Shown: positions 10,856 through 23,075 of the stretch, in pieces
Layout: each line of letters opens with the position of its first letter
Numbering within the stretch: position 1 is the stretch's first letter
NCBI GenBank assembly: GCA_051362555.1
Contig: CM120643.1
Location: 20,278,848 to 20,342,847 of the forward strand
DNA from: Lingula anatina
Lineage: Eukaryota; Animalia; Brachiopoda
DNA: 64,000 bases
Direction of reading: 5' to 3'
The notes under the pieces: generated by a model
What the model saw: the letters and a program-made list of their open reading frames with translations, nothing else
What the model was told of the DNA's origin: nothing
The model's database searches: none
Made by a program: the position numbers and the translations under genes

Positions 10856-13800
10856 ATATGATAAAATAAATTAATCATTTCCTTGGCTAACATCTTTGTT
10901 ACCAACATTACATGGACACATGCACACGTCCTACCCTATCAGGAACATCCTAGCCAGGAACTAAGAATTAAAGATTCTTTGTGAGACGGGGACCTGGTGT
11001 ACATTGTTTAGCTGAGTTGCTAATATGTGACTCGGCCTCGGCTTACATGCTCATGAGAAAATGCTCACTCATGAGAAAATGTGGTCTTTTCTTTCGCTGT
11101 GTTTGTGTAGGTTACAAGGTTACATGACTCTGACGTCTTTAAACTAAGAGAAGGAAGCATTTCATATCCACTTGGCTCATAGTCAGGAAAATTTTGTTCC
11201 CTTTTCCAGATCTAGAAGCGCCTTTTTGACAGGTCTGTATCCATGGAAGACGGGCTTGCAACACATGGTTATATTTCCGCTGCAGCCGGCATGTGCTCCA
11301 TATAATGTCACTCTCCTGCCAGAGGTGCTCAAAGAACAAGGCTATGCAACACATATAATTGGAAAGTAAGTTTTTTTTTGTTTACAACTATGTCTTTATT
11401 GTATAATTCCAATATTATTGCAGTCATTTTTTTTTTGGGGGGGGGGGGGGGGGGGATACATGTAGTTGGGAGATGGAGTCTCTTTCCACCATGCGATTTC
11501 CGTGGCAGTCCGAAAATGGAGGGCACAAGCCTGACCGGGTGTTAAGTTGGTTGAGCGCTTGTCAGATTTAACTGTTCTGACACTATACTGAAGTCCGTTA
11601 TATTATTTGCATAATCTACAAATATAACATCTATATCCTAGTTTTAGCTTTTTCGTAATCATTCACTGATATAATCAAAAGGAATCATAAACATGTATTT
11701 GGTCTTTTTTAGTTTGATTTGAAGTTAGTTAGGCGTTATATCCATCAGCTGATTTTTTTCTATTAACAAAAGATGGCATCTCGGCTTCTGCAACTGGAAC
11801 TGCACACCAACCTACCGCGGTTTTGACAGTTTCTTCGGCTTTTACAACGGAAGGGAAGATTACTATGCTCATACATTAGGTGAGCTTTATTACCGCCTTC
11901 TGTTCTGCTTGCTAACAGAGGCTAAGAACACAATTATTATAAACAAATAATAATACGTTTATTTGGAAAACTATCCGTTTAAGACTGGGTCAGGGATCCA
12001 ATGTGGCGCATCCTTGTGTACAAAACAGCGACAATAATATTTTCAAGTTAAACTTTAAAAAAATCATACATGTGTGTAAATGATCTTAAACATTTAAAAT
12101 ATATATCAGTTGTTTATGTGACGCTTTTTTAAAATCGCACTTTTGTTTATTTATGCACTATCAAACTGAAAAAAAAAAAACACGCCAAGGAAAATTAACA
12201 TGGACAACTGCGCAAGATTTATAACATAACGAAGATGGTTCAAATAATCTTACTTTACTCAAACTTCTTGCACTGTGTTATTTGAAGGTGTTAACGCGTT
12301 GGACTTACGTGACGACGAAAAGCCTGACCGGTTTGATGGTGGAATCTACTCAGCGGTAAGACTGGTCACAACATTTATAGCAGTATATAAACTATGACGT
12401 TCAAGGAAATGCTATTTTTATTCGAGTATTTTATTTATGTAGGTATGCAATTTTTATGAACCAATACTAAATGTGCATGTATACCTCGGATGTGAAAAGG
12501 TCATAACAATAATAATAATAATTATAATTATAATAGTTATTTTGAGTCTTAAATCCAAATTTGTTCAGAAGACTTTATGCCAAGGAATATTGTCAAAATA
12601 TATAAATCTGAACCTCATAAAATGCATTTACGTACATGTATCGACAGCTTATTTTCGCACGCTTTAACAATGCCTCGATTATCAGACATTATACCATGTA
12701 TGCATGTATGCTGGCATGTCACTCTATTCCTCTTGTCATTTAGGAGCTGTTCGCCAAGAGAGCCAAGCGCATTATCACCAACCACGACAAGAGCAGACCT
12801 CTCTTTTTGTACTTGCCTTTCCAGAATGTGCACTCTCCAGTACAGGTGAGCATTTACAGACTTGACATTTAATATGGAATATTTTTTTCCAAATCATTTT
12901 TCATCAGTTTTTTCCTATTTTGCTGACTAATAAGTGAAAATAAGGATTAAAATCATGTTTTAATAACTTTTAATTATCTCTTTGATGTCATTGTGACATC
13001 AGTTCATTAATGGAATTCGTCAGAGAAGCAAACAAAAACACTTTGCCTATTCTATGTCATACGACAACCATTAAAAGAGGTATTTTGGATCTCCATATTT
13101 TCCAAATTATTGTCTGTAAAAGAATTACACGCTCTACAAAGGACCCTCATGTCAGTGACTAGTCACAGTAAATGTCGCTGTAACGCCTGACCTCTTTGGC
13201 TGCTACCAGCGCTCTCAAGTGGCAAGGCATTCCTTGGGATAGGTTTTTAAAGTTCAATCTGGAATGACATTCCAGGCATCGGTCAAAATCTGTCCAATTT
13301 GCTCCAGTTTTGTTGTAGGACATGTAGGCCATTGATTCGGCGAGTAATGGCTTGCCCACATATTGTCTCTGTGGTTTAAATATTGCGATTTTGATTACCA
13401 AGGTAGCTGCTTATTGCTTTGGTTTTGTAAGTAATCTGCTATTAAAAGTGCTCTGTGTGCACCGGCAATCTTACTGCGCAACCTAAAATTGTTCCTAAGT
13501 TGCCCCCTATCAAATGATAGCCAAGTGGTTCCCAGATTTTTTTTTATCTGGTTCAGGTTTTCGTCGATGACTACCATTGGTGTGTTGGTACCAATGTGGT
13601 ATCCACTCCAAATACTGACGCTGTTAATGACCTTAGTCACTTTAGACGCGGCACACGCTTCGTCGTTCGCCTATTCTGGATGTCTGTAAACTCTGTTTTG
13701 ACTGTTGAGCGGTACAGGTGTAATCTGACCTCAATAAAGATTTCAATGTTTAACCCAGAAACATTCAAGGTCCCCAATTCATTAGAGAAACATACAGCGA

Positions 13801-16800
13801 TGTTTTGCTGTTTACAGTGGGTTCCTCGGAGGTCGTCTGATATTCTAACCTGCTAAAACCAGTTTGGTGTTCGCTAAGGGCCTTGAAAAAAATGCGTTTT
13901 AGTGGCAATTTACCCCTCATTTTGAACGGACTGGGTGGTTTTTGTTCAGTTGCAACTGCATATCCCGAAAGACAGTGGGTCCTGTACCCTGGTGGTAAGT
14001 TTTCAACACATAGGGTGTGGCCTCTGTGTAGGTACATCGGTCTGGGCATTACTCCATAAAACTGTGCTGACCGTTTCGTTTGGCGCAATTATCTGTCTGG
14101 CAATGTCTGTCTTTTTCGCGCCATTCTGCCACAGATTAACAAATTTGTAAAGCACTGCATAGCTCATTTTACACACTGCAAACCCGACCACTTGCATACA
14201 AAATTTCAAATTCTTCTATGCAGTAGTTGCCGACATATGGATACTTTTTTGACAGAACCATGCTTTACCAAAGCCAAGCTTTGACCTGCCCAAAGGAGAA
14301 CTACCCAATTAAATCACTGCATATGACATAATGCAGCAGCGCAACAAACCTGGTATTCAGTTAGTTGGTAGCGACACACCTGACTACACACTTTTCCATT
14401 CACACATCTTATATGGAATCGGAGTTTGTGAAAAAAGAACGCATTTTCACCTAGGCATACCTTCGAAAATGAAATGTCAAGTCGGTACTAATGATTTATA
14501 CACTTAGAATTTTCAGTATGTTAAGATATATATTACATATGGGCGTTAAAGAATATACGATGGATCTCATATCTTTTCACAAAAGTTTACATCACATTTC
14601 CACGTAAGTGGTTTGATGGTGAAGTACTTTATTTTAGGTACATTTTAAAACTATTTTGCCTTTTTTTGTTAGGTCCCACACCGCTATTCAAACATGTATG
14701 CTCATATTCAAGATGAAACCAGAAGAAACTTTTCTGGTACGTTCAGTATGTTGAATTATTCTGTGTGAATTAAACGGCAAATATGTAAACTATAGAAAAT
14801 TACATTTTCACAGCAAAAAATGACATTTGACATTTAATATTAAATATGCCCCATTTGCCATTGTTCTACATTGCTTTTTTTCTGCCAGTTTCTGTAAACT
14901 TAAAGTCATTGTATGGCAGGTATGGTAAGTGCTATGGATGAAGCAATTGGAAACATCACAACTGCACTCAAAGAAGCTGGACTCTATGACAACACTCTGA
15001 TAGCTTTTACGTCTGATGTGAGTATTCGTATACCAGTATACAGTATACTATTTGGACAAAGTAATTGATTTCATACGATACAAAACATTCTACATGTACT
15101 TAGCGAAAAACAGAGAATAATCTTTTCAGTGTAAAAAGCAGAAAATTTAGAATCTGACGATGTCTTAATAAGAACACTAAAAATGGCCCGAAGATTTCTG
15201 TGCTTATTGCTCTTCAATTGAAGAATGGAGGTAGCCCTAACAATGGAGGGAACAACTTTCCCCTTCGAGGCTCTAAGACGACTATTTGGGAAGGTGGCAC
15301 CAGAGCGGTCGCATTCGTCCACGGTCCTATGCTACAGAAGACGGGGTACAGGCACAACGGGTAGGTAACGGAGTACCTTTTGGTAAAAGAAAAAGGACAT
15401 AGCTGCTAGATTTAAGATCAAATTAAGGTGTTTATAATATATACCTCTTTAATTAAATGTAAGATGCAAAGTAGTCTTGAGCTTTCGGTTGCGGATTAAG
15501 ATATTTTGTGACCTGGACCTATAGCCTTAAAGAATTTTCGTGAGACACTTCCGCCACTCCTATTGTCCAGATTTCATCGTATTAAATATTTTTCTTTGTT
15601 GTATATATGTCGTTTTTGACGTCTAGCCTTTATTTTGCTAGTGGACAGACAATCTGGGTCACATTTACTAGAGACAATTACTGAGGTATCAAAAAAATGT
15701 GGGCGAAATAGAATAAACAGTTATGTACATTCCAGAATATTCCACGCTGTCGATTGGTTCCAAACATTTCTTGCTGTTGCCGGTGGCTCTCCAGGTAATT
15801 CAACGCAAATATTGTTGAGCATAATCCAGAAACAATAGTTTTCACTTCAAAAGGACTAATATTCTGACTATACATAAAAACGTGGAATAACTCTATGAAT
15901 ATGATTTTTCTCATATCTTTAGCCGAAAACATTAACATGGACAGCATGAACTTGTGGCCCATGCTGGAGCTTGGAATAGATTCCGCTAGAACAGAGTTCG
16001 TCTATCACTTAGACAATAAATTCCCTCCACTCCAAGGGCATGCCGCTATCAGGTAGTTCATTAATTTTTTTATTACATGAAATCCTATTCGCGCCAAATA
16101 TGTATTCTGCACAGCACATTATAATTCTAAGAAAACACTGAGTGAAGTGCTTATGACAATATTTAGTGGAGTGTGTTTGTAAGCAACGATCAAATCCCAA
16201 ATTTGCTGCAGACCCCCTCCTCCCCCGAGTCCGCCACCCCTCCCCGCCCTCACCCCCGAGTCCATGTTTTAAAGGACGCTGGGAACTCACCTCCTCAATA
16301 TTAGACTCCTAAAACGAAATTCAGGGTGGTCAATGGATTTTCCCAAGCTCCAGATGATCTTATACTGATATAATCCTTTGGCATATGATGAGTTCTTGCC
16401 CATGGTACATTTTTAGAGTCGGCGACTACAAGTACATCGAAGGATTCCCTGGCCCGTTCAGTGGCTGGGCCGTACCACCTAAGTTTCAACAGTCCAAAAA
16501 GTATTTGAACTTGGATGATGACAGAGACAGCCTTGATGCCTTCCACAAATACATGCAGAAATCAAAAACTTTACCAGGATATTTGGGGCATGCACTGTAT
16601 AATATAAGGGGTATGTTTTAAAAATAAATTACTAAATATTTCTCTAATTGCTTGTCGGGGCTGTTCCTTCCAGTTAAACGCTTAAGGGTATACTTTACGC
16701 GTTTGATTTTTAAGGCCATTTATTCTGTGTGCAGACCTTAAAATAAAATCCCCCAAATTAAAATGACTGACGTCGACAGTTTCTTTTGAAATGTACAGAA

Positions 16801-17207
16801 AAACTGGCCAGTCATTTAGAACTAAATCACCGAATAAAAAATGGAATAAAAAATCGAATCTAAGTGCAGTGACGGGTTGAACAATGATAAGTGAGCAGGA
16901 GAATTTTTTCTCACAAGTAAAATTTGTTTTGGCGGGTGAATCCCGTACAGAACACCTTTATTAAGTGTTACGCAGATTACGTAGATCGTTTTGTTGCATC
17001 ATTGTATTTTTCTGAATTTCTTTTTCCCCGGTAGATGATCCTACGGAGCACAAAAATTTGGTCCAAACCATGCCCCAAGTTGTGCGAGAGATGAAGATGA
17101 AGTTGAAATTGGCACAGCAAGAGATGGTGCCCGCGAATGCCCCACCGGGGGATATCAAAGGAAACCCGAACAATTTTGGGGGAGTTTGGACACCGGGATG
17201 GTGCTGA
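10343..17207 (+). CDS. Arylsulfatase B-like secreted/lysosomal sulfatase (ARSB/ARSI/ARSJ family), 13 exons
   Basis: Exons 10343-10451, 10641-10752, 11210-11365, 11773-11879, 12288-12355, 12744-12845, 14673-14736, 14920-15017, 15224-15360, 15736-15794, 15923-16052, 16417-16610 and 17035-17207 are in frame. Motifs: signal peptide, [12 protein letters not shown], formylglycine signature [44 protein letters not shown] and terminal GVWTPGWC-stop. An in-frame upstream ATG at 10307 is an alternative start. Confidence 0.93.
12857..14485 (-). mobile_element. Decayed full-length Tc1-like transposon in sulfatase intron 6
   Basis: TA duplication (12855-56, 14486-87) with TIR CAGACTTGACATTT / AAATGTCAAGTCGG. 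Minus-strand broken frames give an HTH-like segment ([15 protein letters not shown]), [25 protein letters not shown], and IAGAHRA...[16 protein letters not shown], which match the decayed Tc1 motifs DNAPxH and WPxxSPDLNPIENxW. Confidence 0.88.
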
Positions 17208-17574
17208 TAATGTTGATGTGCTACATGTACAACTATGGAATAGCATCGGTTTAAAATTAATTGACATGATGAAAAATACTTACGAAAAAATTTAAAAAAC
17301 TTTTTTGTCATTTGATTACATTTGTTTGTTTTAATGTTGGCTATTCTTTCTTCGGACTGAGGAAGTAGCCATGGTGCTAAAGATTTCATTTAGCCATTTA
17401 TTTCATGCTATTTCATTTCAATATGATTTACGATTAAAGTGATTTCTATGAAGTTACGATTTACTGGTTGTTATTCCCATTTCTATGCTTCGAAAACATC
17501 GTATCTCTTATTAGTAAAAGCAAATTAATGTGTATATTACAATGGGTTAGTAAATACAATAAATATATACATAA

Positions 17575-17593
17575 TATATAAAATAAAATATAA

Positions 17594-17637
<44 letters not shown>

Positions 17638-17645
17638 ATATATAA

Positions 17646-17690
<45 letters not shown>
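17575..17690. repeat. Compound (TA)n microsatellite with TAAAATAA spacers
   Basis: Seen directly. It accounts for the IYIY ORFs in the track. Confidence 0.9.
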
Positions 17691-18518
17691 TAAATACAAG
17701 AAACATACCAGAGGCAAGCTGAATGATGACGTTAATTCTATGCAAAAATATACGCTGTTACGAAAAGCGCACATAATTGCCCGAGCACCATCTTTGAATA
17801 ACTCGAAACAAATTCTGTTGCCCTGGAGAAGGGTTCAAGAAAGTATGACACTGCAAGATATCTTCTTCCATAAATTGAATATAAACCTAGCATTTTGGAA
17901 TGATGTGATAGGCCTACTATGAAGAATTCATGTTCTGAAATATTGGCAAACACATTTTCACTCTCTAACTATATCGTATTTAGTGACCTACACATATATG
18001 AAATAATAATGCGCTTAACATAATAAAAAAAATCAAGTCAAGCACTTTTCTCGAAAAGAGAATAATAATAATTGGTTATCCACTGTAGTAAATATTTATA
18101 GTTATTTTCTTATATATCCACCTGTGTATCTATAACAGGGTAGCTTTTTTTTCTCTGATAATCCCACCGAGAAAATAGCCCATTTTGATGAAATTGCAGT
18201 ATGACAGGCAAGGCCCCATACGGGGTAAGCTATAGCTCAATTCAAGTTAGATCTGTGGCGTAGTTGGAAAAGGATAGAGATCAATGACCATTCCCACGTC
18301 AGCACCATTTTAAGGAACTTTAAGCAGAGAGAAAGGACATATTATTGACGACGCAGACTTTATGCTAATATGTTCTTTTTTTTAATCGATCACTCAATCA
18401 AAAGTATATGGTTTTATTGCGCAAAAGGTAATTTGCTAGGACCCACGAGAGGGCGCATTCGTTCTGGTGACTGTCCGATCCGATCGAGGGGCAAGGTCGT
18501 TGTCGTGACGAGCTGACG

Positions 18519-18626
18519 TGCCTCATCCGGGATTCGAACTCGTGACCTCTCGTTCCCATGGTTGGTGACGCTTCATATTGTCTTTTTTTTTGCATCCATG
18601 CACGCTACCGACTGCACCGTGACTGA
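18519..18626 (-). ncRNA. Degenerate tRNA-like module A (also at 8215-8319, 20068-20174, 21600-21705)
   Basis: Minus strand reads GGTGCAGTCGGTAGCGT (D-arm/A box), a CATGG...CCATG stem around an enlarged loop, and GGTCACGAGTTCGAATCCCGGATGAGGCA (T-arm/B box). The acceptor stem does not pair. Confidence 0.55.
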
Positions 18627-18707
18627 GCCGCCCACCCTCCCTACGTACGAGTTTCCTCTTATAGTAAACAAAAGCAAAATTTCCAGATTATTTCTAGGAC
18701 AAAAAAA

Positions 18708-18794
18708 GTTCCGTACAACCAGCTGGGACTCGAACCTGCGCACTAACGAATTGTCATGTACAAGGGAACGCAGTTAGCACGGAGCCACGGAAGC
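18708..18794 (-). ncRNA. Degenerate tRNA-like module B (also at ~8400-8488, 20256-20343, 21786-21873)
   Basis: Minus strand reads GCTTCCGTGGCTCCGTG(G/C)TAA (A box) ... GGTTCGAGTCCC (B box) ... CGGAAC followed by a T6-7 run. Terminal TTCCG/CGGAA pairing is retained in the array copies. Confidence 0.55.
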
Positions 18795-21700
18795 TTCGTT
18801 GGTAAGTGGTGCATCAAATGGAAACTTTGTATCTTGTCAGGGAGAGGACCAGATTGGACCTCATGTATATATCTGCTATTGCAATCAATAATCCTGGTGC
18901 CGTATTTCATACCGCGCAACCCTAGTCCCCGACCATGGTGCACTAAGCCGCGTCTGACCATGGTGCACTAAGCCGTGTCTGAGAACCCGACACGAAGAAT
19001 TCATACAGAGTTGTCTTTTTTTTTATTATTAGGAGTTTGTTGTATTCCCAGATTTAGCTTGCCTTATACTAGTGACACTGAAGAGTACATTGGGTTCAAA
19101 CGCCGCTCACAGCAGGCGGGTTTTAGTTTTAGCGAGGCCCTAAGAACCGGATACCGTAATAAAAACGTTCAAATGTTCTAAAACTGGTGTGTTTTCCATT
19201 CAAGCAATTGCGACGATGCGAATTTCGAGTAAAACATATTTGTCAAATAATTCCGCCTGGAAGATGTCTTTATTTTCTCTGCTGAACGCGGTTAACGGGT
19301 GGTATGACGTGGTGTTATACCTGAAGCTACTGAATGAATTCAAGTTCGATCGGCTTCATTGCTATTTCGCTGGGAACGTTCCTAGTTACATGAGTTCAAA
19401 TGTTTATATTTTCATTTTATTTTGCGCTGAGATAACGTTTGGTTTCACCTTTGACGTTATAGAGCACGATGAGATCCACAGCTGTTCACACCTTGGCGGT
19501 TTCAGATTTGAGTAGTCTTCACTCATTCAATGTCGACTGTGGAGTTGCCCCGGGTACTCTATGAACACTCTGAGAAACAGAGACTGCACCGTGACTGCAA
19601 CAGAGACCCAAGATAGGAAGGGGTGCATAAAAAGACACTACGTACGACTGGTAAAAGCAGTAGAGTCGACACAACTTACATTAGAAATAAAACTTTTTTT
19701 CTCTGATAATCCCACCGAGAAAATAGCCCATTTTGATGAAATTGCAGTATGACAGGCAAGGCTCCATACGGGGTAAGCTATAGCTCAATTCAAGTTAGAT
19801 CTGTGGCGTAGTTGGAAAAGGATAGAGATCAATGACCATTCCCACGTCAGCACCATTTTAAGGAACTTTAAGCAGAGAGAAAGGACATATTATTGACGAC
19901 GCAGACTTTATGCTAATATGTTCTTTCTTTTTAATCGATCACTCAATCAAAAGTATATGGTTTTATTGCGCAAAAGGTAATTTGCTAGGACCCACGAGAG
20001 GGCGCATTCGTTCTGGTGACTGTCCGATCCGATCGAGGGGCAAGGTCGTTGTCGTGACGAGCTGACGTGCCTCATCCGGGATTCGAACTCGTGACCTCTC
20101 GTTCCCATGGTTGGTGACGCTTCATATTGTCTTTTTTTTGCATCCATGCACGCTACCGACTGCACCGTGACTGAGCCGCCCACCCTCCCTACGTACGAGT
20201 TTCCTCTTATAGTAAACAAAAGCAAAATTTCCAGATTATTTCTAGGACAAAAAAAGTTCCGTACAACCAGCTGGGACTCGAACCTGCGCACTAACGAATT
20301 GTCATGTACAAGGGAACGCAGTTACCACGGAGCCACGGAAGCTTCGTTGGTAAGTGGTGCATCAAATGGAAACTTTCTATCTTGTCAGGGAGAGGACCAG
20401 ATTGGGCCTCATGTATATATCTGCTATTGCAATCAATAATCCTGGTGCCGTATTTCATACCGCGCAACCCTAGTCCCCGACCATGGTGCACTAAGCCGTG
20501 TCTGACCATGGTGCACTAAGCCGTGTCTGAGAACCCGACACGAAGAATTCATACAGAGTTGTCTTTTTTTTATTATTAGGAGTTTGTTGTATTCCCAGAT
20601 TTAGCTTGCCTTATACTAGTGACACTGAAGAGTACATTGGGTTCAAACGCCGCTCACAGCAGGCGGGTTTTAGTTTTAGCGAGGCCCTAAGAAGCGGATA
20701 CCGTAATAAAAACGTTCAAATGTTCTAAAACTGGTGCGTTTTCCATTCAAGCAATTGCGACGATGCGAATTTCGAGTAAAACATATTTGTCAAATAATTC
20801 CGCCTGGAAGATGTCTTTATTTTCTCTGCTGAACGCGGTTAACGGGTGGTATGACGTGGTGTTATACCTGAAGCTACTGAATGAATTCAAGTTCGATCGG
20901 CTTCATTGCTATTTCGCTGGGAACGTTCCTAGTTACATGAGTTCAAATGTTTATATTTTCATTTTATTTTGCGCTGAGATAACGTTTGGTTTCACCTTTG
21001 ACCTTATAGAGCACGATAAGATCCACAGCTGTTCACACCTTGGCGGTTTCAGATTTGAGTAGTCTTCTCTCATTCAATGTCGACTGTGGAGTTGCCCCGG
21101 GTACTCTATGAACATATGAACAGTCTTGAGAAACAGAGACCCAAGATAGGAAGGGGTGCATAAAAAGACACTACGTACGACTGGTAAAAGCAGTAGAGTC
21201 GACACAACTTACATTAGAAATAAAACTTTTTTTCTCTGATAATCCCACCGAGAAAATAGCCCATTTTGATGAAATTGCAGTATGACAGGCAAGGCTCCAT
21301 ACGGGGTAAGCTATAGCTCAATTCAAGTTAGATCTGTGGCGTAGTTGGAAAAGGATAGAGATCAATGACCATTCCCACGTCAGCACCATTTTAAGGAACT
21401 TTAAGCAGAGAGAAAGGACATATTATTGACGACGCAGACTTTATGCTAATATGTTCTTTTTTTTAATCGATCACTCAATCAAAAGTATATGGTTTTATTG
21501 CGCAAAAGGTAATTTGCTAGGACCCACGAGAGGGCGCATTCGTTCTGGTGACTGTCCGATCCGATCGAGGGGCAAGGTCGTTGTCGTGACGAGCTGACGT
21601 GCCTCATCCGGGATTTGAACTCGTGACCTCTCGTTCCCATGGTTGGTGACGCTTCATATTGTCCTTTTTTGCATCCATGCACGCTACCGACTGCACCGTG

Positions 21701-22988
21701 ACTGACCCGCCCACCCTCCTTACGTACGAGTTTCCTCTTATAGTAAACAAAAGCAAAATTTCCAGATTATTTCTAGGACAAAAAAGTTCCGTACAACCAG
21801 CTGGGACTCGAACCCGCGTACAAACGACTTATCATGTACAAGGGAACGCAGTTACCACGGAGCCACGGAAGCTTCGTTGGTAACGAGTGCTTCAAATGGA
21901 AACTTTCTATCTTGTCAGGGAGAGGACCAGATTGGACGTAGATGTATATATCTGCTATTGCAATCGATAATCCTGGTGCCGTATTCCATACCGCGCAACC
22001 CTAGTCCCCGACCATGGTGCACTAAGCCGTGTCTGAGAACCCGACACGAAGAATTCATACAGAGCTGACTTTTTTTTTATTAGGAGTTTGTTGTATTCCC
22101 AGATTTAGCTTGCCTTTACCAGTGACACTGAAAGGTTCAATATGTTCAAACGCGGCTCACAGCAGGCAGGTTTTAGTTTAAAGTGGGCCTAAGAAGCGGA
22201 TACTGCCCGATCCGATCGTTTCCATTTATTGAATCAGAAGTTAGGTTTTTAACGCGGACAAAGACGCAAGACGTCTATGATGTATGAATCATATCGTTTC
22301 GGTTTTTTTCATATTCTTATATATATATAACAACTTGTACCAATTTTTCGACGGGTCTTTCATGTGGTCAATGTTTCGTTTTAATACGAAATAGACTTTT
22401 TTATGCTTTCGAATGATACGCCTCGATTATTATTTTTTAGAAGTGTATTCGAGGTTTTATATAAAATACTTTACTACATACAAATATAAGTGATTTATTA
22501 AATTTCATTTCAAGTCTTTCAATCTTTGACATGCAATATTGATAACAAATCTAGCAAAGAATTTCAACAACTGTTTGACAACTTTGCCATAGTAACATCC
22601 TGTTTTAATCAATAATTTTAATTAGTTCATTTTTGCACTTCGATATTTCAGTGGCCATCGTGTGGCTTTCAACGGGAATAGCTCAGCTGATTGCACAACT
22701 CAGGTAGAAATAAACTTTGAAAAATTGACAAAAGTTATATAGGGCACTTTACTCATGTTTGATATGCAATCTTTATTCGGCGATATTAATTTTCATCCGC
22801 GTATTGCAAGACTTGATTTCATGATTTCACTTAAATACACACAATGTAAAGCTCCATTAATCTGTTTCGTATATTTATATCTAGTAGTTTAATTGTTAAG
22901 GTCAGCCAACAGAGCGTCTGTATCCGTTTTGAACGCGACCCAAGTCGAGCGTGAGCGGTTTTTTCAACCGATACAAGTTGTCGGTGGC

Positions 22989-23075
22989 GCCCGGATAGCT
23001 CAGTCGGTAGAGCATCAGACTTTTACGGATGACTAAGATATCTGAGGGTCCAGGGTTCGAGTCCCTGTTCGGGCG
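22989..23075 (+). tRNA. tRNA-Lys-TTT: tRNA-Lys(UUU) with 14-nt intron (23026-23039)
   Basis: GCCCGGATAGCTCAGTCGGTAGAGCATCAGACTTTTA-[CGGATGACTAAGAT]-ATCTGAGGGTCCAGGGTTCGAGTCCCTGTTCGGGCG. The exons match the conserved metazoan tRNA-Lys(UUU), the insertion is at position 37/38, and a T9 terminator lies at 23085-23093. Confidence 0.95.

Larger units (their letters stand above)
18145..22203. repeat. Head-to-tail tandem array, ~2.6 copies of a ~1.55-kb non-coding unit
   Basis: The anchor CTCTGATAATCCCACCGAG recurs at 18153, 19701 and 21234 (periods 1548 and 1533). Copies 1 and 2 are nearly identical, and the ORF track repeats the same spurious ORFs. Confidence 0.95.

Noticed and set aside
17461-17774. 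Hydrophobic IYIY ORFs (also 39312-39510 and 53850-54198)
   Set aside because: These are translations of TA/CA microsatellites.
18398-22068. Repeated 60-115 aa ORFs in the tandem array
   Set aside because: They overlap on both strands, shift frame between copies at homopolymer runs and have no recognisable domain, so they are non-coding.
529-23075. DDX1 (a tRNA-ligase complex subunit) near an intron-containing tRNA and tRNA-like repeats
   Set aside because: Animal genes are not normally clustered by pathway and no shared regulatory evidence is visible. Treated as coincidence.
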